Shown here in pieces: positions 29,709 to 38,905 of a stretch of 64,000 nucleotides of DNA. The DNA comes from an uncultured Pseudomonadales bacterium (GTDB lineage: Bacteria; Patescibacteriota; Microgenomatia; UBA1400; PJMF01): assembly GCA_964583625.1 (NCBI GenBank), contig CAZOVA010000003.1, positions 5,038-69,037 of the forward strand, in the 5' to 3' direction. The notes beneath the pieces are model-generated. The model saw only the letters and a list, made by a program, of their open reading frames with translations. It did no database searches and had not been told where the DNA came from. The position numbers and the translations under genes were made by a program. Every line of letters begins with the position of its first letter. The stretch's first letter is position 1.

Positions 29709-29739
29709 ATCCCAAACTTGAAGAAGTTTGGGATTTTTC
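29709..29739 (+). terminator. Rho-independent terminator
   Basis: ATCCCAAACTT-gaag-AAGTTTGGGAT plus T tract. Confidence 0.8.
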
Positions 29740-29793
29740 TATGCTACAATGAATTATTAATTATTTTAATAAATATTAAAAAAATTTTAGAAT

Positions 29794-30660
29794 ATGCCTG
29801 ACCCCTATCTTGCTACTTGGATTTCGCACAGTAGTTTGAGTGATTATTTAGCTTGTCCGAGAGCCTATTTTTTGAAGAATGTTTACAAAGACCCGCAAAC
29901 TCGTCACAAATTACAAATAGTATCTCCTGCTCTTAGTTTGGGCAGCGCCGTCCATGAGGTTTTGGAAGACTTATCTCAGAAAAACACTCAGGAAAGATTC
30001 AAAGAAAGTCTTTTAATTCCCTATGAAAAGGTTTGGCAAAAATATCAAGGATTAGCTGGTGGGTTTATCAGCGAAACTTTGGAAAAAGAAGTTTTCCAAA
30101 GAGGCAGAGAGATGCTTTTGCGAGTGCAAGAAAAACCTGGTCCTTTGAAAAATTTAGCTGTGAAAATCAAAGGAGACTTGCCCAACTTTTTTCTAAGCGA
30201 AGAAGACAATCTTATCCTTTGTGGCAAGATCGATTGGTTAGAGTATTTACCAAAGGAACAAGCGGTGAGGATTATTGATTTCAAAACCAGTAAAAGTCAG
30301 GAAAGGGAAAGTTCCCTGCAATTACCCATCTATGCTCTTTTAGTTCATCATTGCCAACAATATCAAGTAGCTGGAGCCGCTTATTGGTATTTAGGCTTAC
30401 CTCAAGGTATAGTAGAGAAAATTTTACCCAGCTTAGACTCAGCTAGAGAGAAAGTTTTGACTTTGGGTAAAAAAGTTGCTTTAGCTCGGAAACTCAAAAC
30501 TTTCAAATGTCCCCACGGTGGGTGTCTGCACTGTGAACCTTATGAAAAAATTCTTCGTGGTGAGGCACAAAAAGTCGGCACTGATTCTAAGATGCGTCGA
30601 GACAATTATTTTCTTTCTTTGAATAAAAAACAAGACGAAGAATTAGAAGAAATTTTATAA
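29794..30660 (+). CDS. PD-(D/E)XK nuclease (RecB/AddB/Cas4-like, probable Fe-S)
   Basis: ACPR, G.AVH, GKID, IIDFKT, QL.IY, CPHGGCLHC. Confidence 0.88.
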   Translation: MPDPYLATWISHSSLSDYLACPRAYFLKNVYKDPQTRHKLQIVSPALSLGSAVHEVLEDLSQKNTQERFKESLLIPYEKVWQKYQGLAGGFISETLEKEVFQRGREMLLRVQEKPGPLKNLAVKIKGDLPNFFLSEEDNLILCGKIDWLEYLPKEQAVRIIDFKTSKSQERESSLQLPIYALLVHHCQQYQVAGAAYWYLGLPQGIVEKILPSLDSAREKVLTLGKKVALARKLKTFKCPHGGCLHCEPYEKILRGEAQKVGTDSKMRRDNYFLSLNKKQDEELEEIL

Positions 30661-30662
30661 TC

Positions 30663-31643
30663 ATGGCTTCCATCATTGAGACTGTCAGTCCACTAAATAT
30701 TCTGGAAGAAAAAAGTAAATTTCAGCAGGATCAAAACTACAATCCTCAGTTTATTTATGGTCAGGTTTTCACAACTGATCTTTTATATGCTTATGGGCAA
30801 CCGCAAGCTCAATATTTAGACTTTGCTCAACAATATCTTCAACAAATTACGCCCAAACTTTTTTCTCAAAAAAAGCCAGAAAAAGTTTTAACTCAAAGAG
30901 AGATTAGTCAACAAACGAGAAAATTGTTTAACCAACTCAAACTTAATCCGCCCTTAATTCACTGGCAAAATATACCTGGACCAGCTAAAAGAAAAAAAGA
31001 AACTTTAATTTTTAATCCTCAAGCAAAAATAACCTCTTTAAGTTTGGCTGGCATTTTAGCTCATGAAGTGCAGACTCATCTTTTGCGCTCGCATAATCAG
31101 AGCCTGCAAACGCTGAAGCGGAGCAAGAGTAGAGATTATGCTCGCACTGAAGAGGGCCTAGCCGTCCTCAATAGTCGTTTTGCTCAGCAAAAAATAGACT
31201 TTACTTCTGTTTGCCAACGCTATTTGGTCTGTTCTTGGGCGATGGAGGGAAGCTTTGCCTCTGTTTTTGCTCGTTTTCGTCAATTCTCTAATTTTACCTT
31301 TGAGCGGGCTTGGAATTATACCGTTCGAGTGAAAAGAGGTCTAACTGATACCAGCGAAAAAGGCGGCTTTGTCAAAGACATTGTTTATCTTGAAGGTCTA
31401 TTAGCTGTCTTTAGCTGGCTCTTACAACCAGAAAATAAACTAAGCGATCTTTATTTAGGAAAAATTAGTTTGGATCAGGTAGAAGAATATCGTCAAGCCG
31501 CGCAAAAAGAAGACTTAATTTACCCGACCTTTATTGGGGCTCAGGGACAGGTGAGCCCTGATTATCTGGACTTTTTACAGTCTTGCAAACAACAGCTGGG
31601 ACTGCTCCTGCCCGAAAAAATTCGTCTCGGCCACAATAATTAA
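30663..31643 (+). CDS. DUF1704 family metallo-carboxypeptidase-like protein
   Basis: HEVQTH, TEEGLA, RVKRG..DT, KD.VYL.G, LYLGKI. Confidence 0.8.
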   Translation: MASIIETVSPLNILEEKSKFQQDQNYNPQFIYGQVFTTDLLYAYGQPQAQYLDFAQQYLQQITPKLFSQKKPEKVLTQREISQQTRKLFNQLKLNPPLIHWQNIPGPAKRKKETLIFNPQAKITSLSLAGILAHEVQTHLLRSHNQSLQTLKRSKSRDYARTEEGLAVLNSRFAQQKIDFTSVCQRYLVCSWAMEGSFASVFARFRQFSNFTFERAWNYTVRVKRGLTDTSEKGGFVKDIVYLEGLLAVFSWLLQPENKLSDLYLGKISLDQVEEYRQAAQKEDLIYPTFIGAQGQVSPDYLDFLQSCKQQLGLLLPEKIRLGHNN

Positions 31644-33888
31644 CTTCTTCAATGGTAGCTGGACGAGAAAAAACATGTGGCTCTTCAGTCTTGAGCTGAG
31701 TATTAATAATTTTTTGCCAAATTGGAGAAGCCCCAGTAATACCAGAAGCGACATAACTCATTGTGCGATTATCATTATTGCCTACCCAAACTGCCACTAA
31801 GCGATCAGTAGTATAGCCAATTGTCCAGTTATCACGTAAATTATTGGTTGTACCAGTCTTGACTGCTACCTCTTGTCCAGGAATATAGAGAACACTTTGC
31901 GGTCCAAAAGCTGGTGTTCTGGCTCGATTATCGCTCAAGATACTATTGATTTGATAACTAGTTGCCTCACTGAGAGTTCTTTCACCTGAACATTGTTGAT
32001 TGAGAGCGCATTTATTTTGGTAAATTAATTTTCCTTGATAATCAAAAATTTCTAAGAAAGGGTCTTCTTCGATGGTGATCCCACCATTAGCAAAAGTGCC
32101 ATAAAGTTGGGCAATATCAATCATTCTCACTTCACCCCCTCCCAAAGTTAGAGATAAACCAAAGCGAGAACGATCTTTCCAAGTGGTAATTCCCATTTTT
32201 TCTGCCAAGTCAATTTCTGCATTCAAACCGACAGCGTCTAAAAGTTTGACCGCGGGAATATTGTAAGATGAAGCTAAAGCTTCTCTCAAGGTTACTTGTC
32301 CATGAAATTTTCCATCATAGTTTTTCGGACTATAATCAGGTCCGCCGCGAAAACGATAAGTAATGGGAGCATCCAAAATTAAACTAGCGGGATGATAACC
32401 ACTTTCTAAAGCTAGAGCATAAGTTAATGGTTTGATCGATGAACCTGGCTGTCTTTCGCGCAAAGTAACATTTACCATCCCATCATTGGCGAAATCAAAA
32501 TAATTTTTACTCCCCACCATCGCTAAAATCTCACCCGTTTTAGGATTGGTGACCAAAGCCGCGCCATTGGAAACTCGCAAACGAGCGAGATTGGTAATTT
32601 CATCAGTGACAATTTTTTGCACTTGATTTTGCAAAGGCAAATCAAGAGTGGTCCTCACTACCAAACCACCACTATTAACCATTTCCTCGCCATATTTTTC
32701 TGATAGTAAACGTCTAACATACATAACAAAATGAGGCGCTTCAATAGTAAGAGCTGAGTTTTTAAAAAGCAGTTCTTCTTCATTGGCGGCAATCTCTTGT
32801 TCGAGAGAAATATAACCATCTTCTCTCATTCTTCTTAAAACTTCAGCGCGCCTAGCATATGATTCTCCCAAATTATCAGCATAGGGCGAATAACGACTCG
32901 GAGCTTGAGGTAAACCTGCTAAAAAAGCACTTTCTGCCAAAGTGAGATTTTTGGCATTTTTACCAAAAAAAGTGACAGCTGCTTGTTCAATGCCATAAAT
33001 CGGACCGCCATAATTCACCTCATTTAAATACATTTCCAGAATTTGCTCTTTGCTATAATTTCCCTCTACCAAAACCGCCAAAATAACTTCTTTTATTTTT
33101 CTAGTGAAAGTTTTTTCTCGACTTAGTAAACGAAGTTTGACCAATTGCTGAGTGATGGTGGAAGCACCTTGAGAAATGGTGCCTGTTTGTCGATTAACGA
33201 CAAAGGCTCGAGTAATAGCTTTTAAATCAAAGCCATTATGTTGATAAAAACTCCGATCTTCAATTGCTATAGTGGCTTGCAATACCCAAGGAGAAATTTG
33301 ACTTAAGGCAATAGGAGTGCGATTTTCGTCTTCATAAATACTGAAAAGTAAATGATTATTGCGATCCAAAACTTTTGTCGTCATTGACTGTTTTTTTTCA
33401 ATCAGTTCACTAACCAAGGGCAAATTGGTAAAAATATTTTCATATGTCCACCAAGAGCCATATAAAATAGCAAAAGTTAGGGTAAAAGAAATTATTAACC
33501 AAATAGTTTGCCCTAGACGCCAACCGTCTTTGCGTAAAATCAGTTTTTGCTGCTCTTTGAGATATTGATCGATTTTCTTCTGATTGGCTTTTTTTATTTT
33601 TGACTTTTGTCTCCAAAGTTTATGCCAATAAAGAAGAAAGGTGCGTCGTCCTTCGCGCCACTGCCAACGAGTGGTTTTTTGCCAAAAAGAACTTATTTTA
33701 TTATAACGATAACGTTTTTTGGTTGTCTTTTTCTTTTTTAACCATTTTTTTTGCCACTGCTTGAGCTTTTTTTGGCTCTGAGGGAGCCATTGTTTGTGAT
33801 ATTTTTTTTGCCAAAAAAGCCAGAGAGCTAGTAATTTAGCCAAAAATAATTGACAGTTAATTTTCCAATTAAAATACCATGACTTCAT
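31531..33888 (-). CDS. Class A penicillin-binding protein (PBP1A family)
   Basis: EDRSFYQH, GASTITQQ, QPGSSIK, SYN, KTGT. Confidence 0.92.
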   Translation of the reverse strand: MKSWYFNWKINCQLFLAKLLALWLFWQKKYHKQWLPQSQKKLKQWQKKWLKKKKTTKKRYRYNKISSFWQKTTRWQWREGRRTFLLYWHKLWRQKSKIKKANQKKIDQYLKEQQKLILRKDGWRLGQTIWLIISFTLTFAILYGSWWTYENIFTNLPLVSELIEKKQSMTTKVLDRNNHLLFSIYEDENRTPIALSQISPWVLQATIAIEDRSFYQHNGFDLKAITRAFVVNRQTGTISQGASTITQQLVKLRLLSREKTFTRKIKEVILAVLVEGNYSKEQILEMYLNEVNYGGPIYGIEQAAVTFFGKNAKNLTLAESAFLAGLPQAPSRYSPYADNLGESYARRAEVLRRMREDGYISLEQEIAANEEELLFKNSALTIEAPHFVMYVRRLLSEKYGEEMVNSGGLVVRTTLDLPLQNQVQKIVTDEITNLARLRVSNGAALVTNPKTGEILAMVGSKNYFDFANDGMVNVTLRERQPGSSIKPLTYALALESGYHPASLILDAPITYRFRGGPDYSPKNYDGKFHGQVTLREALASSYNIPAVKLLDAVGLNAEIDLAEKMGITTWKDRSRFGLSLTLGGGEVRMIDIAQLYGTFANGGITIEEDPFLEIFDYQGKLIYQNKCALNQQCSGERTLSEATSYQINSILSDNRARTPAFGPQSVLYIPGQEVAVKTGTTNNLRDNWTIGYTTDRLVAVWVGNNDNRTMSYVASGITGASPIWQKIINTQLKTEEPHVFSRPATIEEVNYCGRDEFFRAGAVPAVVCKTVKSPDNQGSPVPEPQ

Positions 33889-33948
33889 TAGTCCTATATT
33901 ATATCATAATCATACAAAAAATATCAGTCAATTATAATCAAAGTTGGA

Positions 33949-35745
33949 TTATTTTTTTCTTTGTACCCAGAAACGACAAAAATCTGCCACTTTTAAGTTT
34001 TTCAGATCAAAAACTGCTCGATTATCGGTGGGTAAACCAGCGCCGATTTCCAAATTACTACACAACTGATCATTAAGAAGGAAATATTTTTCTCCATGGC
34101 CAAAATCAAAGCTTAGATAATCAATTTGAGCTTCTCTGAGCTGATCCTGAACACTTTTTTCTGGTCTGCAACTACGGCTATCAAAAGCAATTAGTTTAAT
34201 TGCTGAGGGATTATCTAGCTCTTTCAAGTCAAAGCAATTATTTTTCCAAGTAATATTTTCCCAGGAAAAATTTTCTTTTTGCCAGCTCTCTTTTACCTGG
34301 AAAATATTTTTTTCATTAATTAAATCGGCATAATAAAGATAATTCATCCAAGTGACACGATTGTCATTGGCCCATACCTCAATTGTCGATTCAGGTTTTT
34401 GTTGTTGGAGATAGTAAGTTAAAACTTTGTCCGCAGCGAAGGGGTCGGCGAGGCTGGTAAAAGGCAGGCGAAAAAAATATAACCAAGCAAAATAAATAAT
34501 ACTTAAAAGATAAAAGCTGATTAAAGCTAGTCGCCAATAAAATTTCTTATTTTGCCAAATGACCCCCGCTCCAATCCCAGCCAAAATCAATAAAGGCACC
34601 AGTCGAAAAGAAGCTCGATAAAAAAACCACCGACCATCAGCTATGAGAGCGGGAGCCGGAGCCACCAGCAATAAGAGGAGGACAAAAATTAAAGTATTGT
34701 TCATCTTTTTCTTCATTAAAAAACCCAGCGCAATTAAGATTAAACAAAAATCTATTAAGTAGAAAATTCCGTGTTGGTGGACAAGATAAAACATTTTTCC
34801 TTCATCGCCATTGGTGAGAAAAAGTGTATTTAAATTGTAAGTTTCTAGAAAACGACTAACTATTTCTTTTAAGGTAAGCATAAAAGGATGGTTGAGAAAA
34901 TTAAGGTTTGAGGATAAAGTTTGTTGTCTTAAAAGTGATGATTGAGTAGCAAATTCGCTTGGATGCAGCATTTTAGCTGTTCGAGAATAGCTAGTTTGTT
35001 TAGGTAAAAATAGTAAAAGGTGGACAGTGCTAATTAAAATCATCGCTATAGTCAAAAGCAAAGACGGCAAAACTTTCTTTTTGTTAAAAGCGAAGCGCTT
35101 TTTATCAGTTTGCCACTCTTTAATCAATTGATAAAGACACAAAACTAAAACTAAAACAGGAATTAAAACCTTATAACCTTGATACTGATAAAAAGAAACT
35201 AGGAAAGGTAAAAAAGAAAAAAGCTTGCCCCAGTTCTGCAATTTTAAAAATAAAAAAACTCCCAAAACGGCGAAAAATAAACTACTCACTCCATCAGTGC
35301 CAAGACGTCCACTTTGCCAAATGAAAGGATTAAAAAAAGCGATGAGCAAAGTTGACCAGAAAAAAGTTTTTTCTTGAGTAATTTCTTTGACTATAGCAGC
35401 AATAAAGTAAGGTAAAAGCAAACTCATGATGATAAAAGGTAAAAGGCTGCGAACAGATAAAGGTAAAAAACTCAAACCTAGCCAAGGCATTAAAAGAGTG
35501 GTTGTCAATTCGCCATACATTGGCATTACCGGCTTTAAGCTCCAAGGAGTCCAATTATTATCTAAATTAGTTCCAGAGAAAAAAGCACTTTGAGCTTGAA
35601 GCAGATAAATGGTTTCATCATATTGACGAGTGAAAGGGAGATTTCCTAATTGAAAAAAACGACTGCTAAGAACTAGCACAATAAATAGAAAAACCCCCAT
35701 CATGATTAGTGGAAACTTAAATTTATTTTTCCTTTTTTGTCGCAT
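33949..35745 (-). CDS. GT-C membrane glycosyltransferase (GT39/ArnT-like)
   Basis: YDE motif after first TM; multi-TM. Confidence 0.7.
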   Translation of the reverse strand: MRQKRKNKFKFPLIMMGVFLFIVLVLSSRFFQLGNLPFTRQYDETIYLLQAQSAFFSGTNLDNNWTPWSLKPVMPMYGELTTTLLMPWLGLSFLPLSVRSLLPFIIMSLLLPYFIAAIVKEITQEKTFFWSTLLIAFFNPFIWQSGRLGTDGVSSLFFAVLGVFLFLKLQNWGKLFSFLPFLVSFYQYQGYKVLIPVLVLVLCLYQLIKEWQTDKKRFAFNKKKVLPSLLLTIAMILISTVHLLLFLPKQTSYSRTAKMLHPSEFATQSSLLRQQTLSSNLNFLNHPFMLTLKEIVSRFLETYNLNTLFLTNGDEGKMFYLVHQHGIFYLIDFCLILIALGFLMKKKMNNTLIFVLLLLLVAPAPALIADGRWFFYRASFRLVPLLILAGIGAGVIWQNKKFYWRLALISFYLLSIIYFAWLYFFRLPFTSLADPFAADKVLTYYLQQQKPESTIEVWANDNRVTWMNYLYYADLINEKNIFQVKESWQKENFSWENITWKNNCFDLKELDNPSAIKLIAFDSRSCRPEKSVQDQLREAQIDYLSFDFGHGEKYFLLNDQLCSNLEIGAGLPTDNRAVFDLKNLKVADFCRFWVQRKK

Positions 35746-35852
35746 AAAGTCTTGTTGATTATAGCATGGTCGGTAATTTTCTGATGGAAATTCTAGCTTT
35801 TTAAAAGCAATGTTATTTTTTTGTTATTTTTATTTTTAAAATATTTTTATTA

Positions 35853-37325
35853 ATGAAAAAAAATTTTCTGCTAAAAAAGACTTTAATTGCTAACTTACAA
35901 AATTTATTAAAGGAAAACTTTGGCTATCAGACTTTTCGTCCTGGACAACTAGAAATCATTCTCCCTCTTTTATCTGGGCGTGATGTTTTGGCTATTTTAC
36001 CCACTGGCGGCGGTAAAAGTCTGTGTTTTCAAATTCCCGGTTTGTATTTAGGCGGGACCACGATTGTTATTTCACCCTTGATTTCTCTAATGCAAGACCA
36101 AGTTCACCATTTAGAAAAATTAAATATTCGGGCCACCTATCTTAATAGCACTTTGAGCTTGTCAGAAAAAGAATTGCGAATACAAAAAATACTGACTGGC
36201 TATTACCAGTTTGTTTATCTTGCTCCCGAAAGACTTTGCCAATTAAGTTTTATAAAAATTTGTCGACAGATCAATATCCCTCTGGTGGCGATTGACGAAG
36301 CACATTGTATTAGTCTTTGGGGAAATGATTTTCGTCCTCACTATCGACAAATAAAAAATTTTATATCTTCTTTACCTCTGAGACCAAGAATAGCTGCTTT
36401 CACTGCTACCGCTGACCTAAAAACGCGAAAAGATATTATCAAGAGTTTGGCTTTAGATTCTCCCTTAATTTATCAAAAAAGTTTTGCTCGTAAAAACTTA
36501 TGTCTCTTTTTGCGCATTTGCCAGAACGATCACGATCAGCTACTCTTTTTACTGTTTTTATTGAAGAAACATCAAGGTCAAAGTGGCCTGATCTATGTTT
36601 TAACTAGAAAGAGAGCCTTAGAACTTTACCAGCAAGTGACTCGTTTTTATCCCACTTTGAAGTCAATAGATTTTTATCATGGTGGTCTAGAAAAAAATCA
36701 AAGACAAAAAATTCAAACTGAATTTATGGCTGGGCGGTTAAAAGTTTTGATTGCAACTAATGCCTTTGGTTTAGGAATTGATTATGGTGGAATTCGTTTT
36801 GTCATTCATGCTCAAATGAGTAGTAATTTAGAAAATTATTTTCAAGAAATTGGTCGAGCTGGCAGAGACGGTCAGTTGGCTAACTGTTATGTCCTTTGTT
36901 GTCAAAAAGATTTACAAATTTCGGCACAAATGATTGCTCGTCAACCAGTAGCTAGTTGGCAGCGAAAAATAATTTTGCAAAAAAAACTGACAGAAGTCTT
37001 AACTTTCTTGCGAAGCAAAAATTGTCGCCAAAATTTTATTTTGCGCGCTTTTGATGAAAAAACTTCTTGGCGTTGTCAGCAATGCGACAATTGTCAGAAA
37101 AAAGCCCTCACTTATTCTTCCTTAGTGCGCAAAAGATTTACTGCTTGGCAAAATTGGCGACAAACCCTCGCCCAGAGATTGCAACTTTTGCCTTCATCGA
37201 TTATCACTGATCTTTCTTTGAGTTATCTCACTCTTTGCGATCATCGGACATTTTCAGATTTATCTATTATTCCTGGAATTGGTACTGGTTTTCTTCGTCA
37301 TTACAAAAAATATTTGCCCAAATAA
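35853..37325 (+). CDS. recQ: RecQ family DNA helicase
   Basis: PTGGGKS, DEAHC, QEIGRAGRDG, CR...CxxCDNC. Confidence 0.93.
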   Translation: MKKNFLLKKTLIANLQNLLKENFGYQTFRPGQLEIILPLLSGRDVLAILPTGGGKSLCFQIPGLYLGGTTIVISPLISLMQDQVHHLEKLNIRATYLNSTLSLSEKELRIQKILTGYYQFVYLAPERLCQLSFIKICRQINIPLVAIDEAHCISLWGNDFRPHYRQIKNFISSLPLRPRIAAFTATADLKTRKDIIKSLALDSPLIYQKSFARKNLCLFLRICQNDHDQLLFLLFLLKKHQGQSGLIYVLTRKRALELYQQVTRFYPTLKSIDFYHGGLEKNQRQKIQTEFMAGRLKVLIATNAFGLGIDYGGIRFVIHAQMSSNLENYFQEIGRAGRDGQLANCYVLCCQKDLQISAQMIARQPVASWQRKIILQKKLTEVLTFLRSKNCRQNFILRAFDEKTSWRCQQCDNCQKKALTYSSLVRKRFTAWQNWRQTLAQRLQLLPSSIITDLSLSYLTLCDHRTFSDLSIIPGIGTGFLRHYKKYLPK

Positions 37326-37360
37326 ATAAAAAGCCCTCAAAACAAAATGTTTTGAGGGCT
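37321..37360 (-). terminator. Terminator hairpin for the minus-strand ORFan (possibly bidirectional)
   Basis: AGCCCTCAAAACA-aaa-TGTTTTGAGGGCT perfect 13-bp stem; T tract on minus strand. Confidence 0.8.
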
Positions 37361-37377
37361 AGCTCTCTTTGACTACT

Positions 37378-37734
37378 TTAGGACGTCCCATTCTTGTGTT
37401 CAATGATCACATCCATGGCGATCAATTGTTCTCCTTCATGAGAGAAAATCAGTTTGACCTGTTTCTGTTCCTGGTTCCATGGGGAAATGAAAATTAGCGT
37501 CTGTCTGTCTTGAGGGTGCTGGAGAAAGTCTTTGATTTTTTGGATATCGACATTGGCAGCCACACTATTACAACCGAAGTTAATTACCTGATGTTTTTTC
37601 TGAATGCGCAAATTAACTTCTTCCGGGAAGGAATAGTAGCGATAGTGAAAGAAGAGGGGATTTTCATCTGGTCCAGCTAAGAAAGCAAGAATTTGGCTTT
37701 GTTGCCAAGTGGTTCGACCATAATGATATAGCAT
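37378..37734 (-). CDS. Hypothetical protein (ORFan unit D)
   Basis: AAAGGAGGT SD at 37750-37742 favours ATG 37734. Confidence 0.7.
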   Translation of the reverse strand: MLYHYGRTTWQQSQILAFLAGPDENPLFFHYRYYSFPEEVNLRIQKKHQVINFGCNSVAANVDIQKIKDFLQHPQDRQTLIFISPWNQEQKQVKLIFSHEGEQLIAMDVIIEHKNGTS

Positions 37735-37930
37735 TTTCAATACCTCCTTTACCTTGAGTTGAAGACTTTAGGACACGATCTATAGCCATTAAGAAGCAGG
37801 GAGTCTGTATCAGAGTTGTGAGAGAGCTGGCGATAAAAATCTTAATTATTTGAAGTAAATAAAAAGGGAAAAGGACAAGCGATTTTGTCCCCTTCAAACT
37901 TTAAGATTTCTACCAGCTCCTATTATATCA
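37735..37930 (-). promoter_or_regulatory. Extended -10 promoter and structured leader with boxA-like site (unit D)
   Basis: TGATATAAT (37930-37922), nested inverted repeats 37824-37919, GCTCTCTCACAA (37827-37816). Confidence 0.7.
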
Positions 37931-37989
37931 TTAACGATCAGTAAATATTAACTCAATTAACCATGAAAAAAATTTTCAAACATCAAAAG

Positions 37990-38237
37990 CGATTTCTTAC
38001 TTGAGTAAGCTGGATTCTGTTTTTAAGACAACAATCTATCTAATGCTTGCGACACTATGACCGTTATAGGCAAGAGGTCCATTGAGGTCAAATTCGGCAA
38101 TTGCAACATCCAGGGATAACCGCGTTTCACTCTAATTTAATAGACTCGTCTCTGTGGCTCTAACCTGAATTCTCTTGAGTTGTCCAGACTTTCCTCCCCA
38201 AAAAATTTTGAGGCTGTTGTCCCCTAGTAAAAAATCG
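37990..38237 (-). ncRNA. rnpB: RNase P RNA (compact)
   Basis: Minus strand GAGGAAAGTCTGG ... AGAGCCACAGAGACGA ... GTGAAACGCGGT ... ACAGAATCCAGCTTA; complementary ends form P1; TGTTATAAT promoter at 38250-38242. Confidence 0.9.
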
Positions 38238-38352
38238 ACTTATTATAACAAAATTTTCCTAAAAGATCAAGCTTTTTCCTTTATTAGGAGTTAATTAAAT
38301 CTCTTAAAGTTTTTTCTGTTATAATAGAAAAAATAATAATAGAAAGTTCTTG

Positions 38353-38904
38353 ATGTTTAATTTTTCAAATTTTACTACTGACGCGAAAAAAATTTTTACT
38401 CATCTCAAAAATGAGCTTGCTTCCCTCAGAACTGGGGCAGCTAGTCCTCAACTTTTGGACAATGTTAAGGTCGAAGCTTATGGCACCACGATGAAAGTTA
38501 CTGAGGTGGCTGCTATTAATGTCGCTGACCCCACGCTTTTAGTGGTCTCCCCTTGGGATCTCACCTTAATTGGAGCTTTGGAAAAAGGCATTCAGCAAGC
38601 CAATCTTAATCTTAACCCTATAGTTGACGGGAAAATAATTCGGATCGCTATTACTCCTCTCACTCAAGAAACTCGTCAAGAATTAGTAAAAACTCTCAAT
38701 CGACAAATAGAAGAGGGTAAAGTAATGTTGCGAAATTTAAGAAGCGAAACCAAAAGAGAAATTGAAAAACAAGCAGGCCAGCCTGGTATCTCTGAGGACA
38801 ATATTGAGGCGGACTTAAAAAAGCTGGAAGAAGAGATTAAGAATTTCACTGCACAGCTTGATGACTTAGCGGCCGCTAAAGAAGCTCAACTACTCAAAGT
38901 TTAA
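38353..38904 (+). CDS. frr: Ribosome recycling factor
   Basis: LRTGAASP.LLD...VEAYG, NLNP..DG..IRI. Confidence 0.93.
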   Translation: MFNFSNFTTDAKKIFTHLKNELASLRTGAASPQLLDNVKVEAYGTTMKVTEVAAINVADPTLLVVSPWDLTLIGALEKGIQQANLNLNPIVDGKIIRIAITPLTQETRQELVKTLNRQIEEGKVMLRNLRSETKREIEKQAGQPGISEDNIEADLKKLEEEIKNFTAQLDDLAAAKEAQLLKV

Positions 38905-38905
38905 A

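Noticed and set aside
29673-30660. CRISPR-Cas locus around the Cas4-like nuclease
   Set aside because: No regularly spaced repeats and no other cas genes in the window.
37664-37897. 77-aa minus-strand ORF
   Set aside because: It overlaps the structured leader, the SD and the start of the unit D gene, and has no RBS of its own.
2459-37930. ORFan units as integron cassettes or MITE-flanked elements
   Set aside because: No attC-like GTTRRRY/RYYYAAC bounded sites, terminal inverted repeats, target duplications or integrase were recognised, and the units carry their own promoters.
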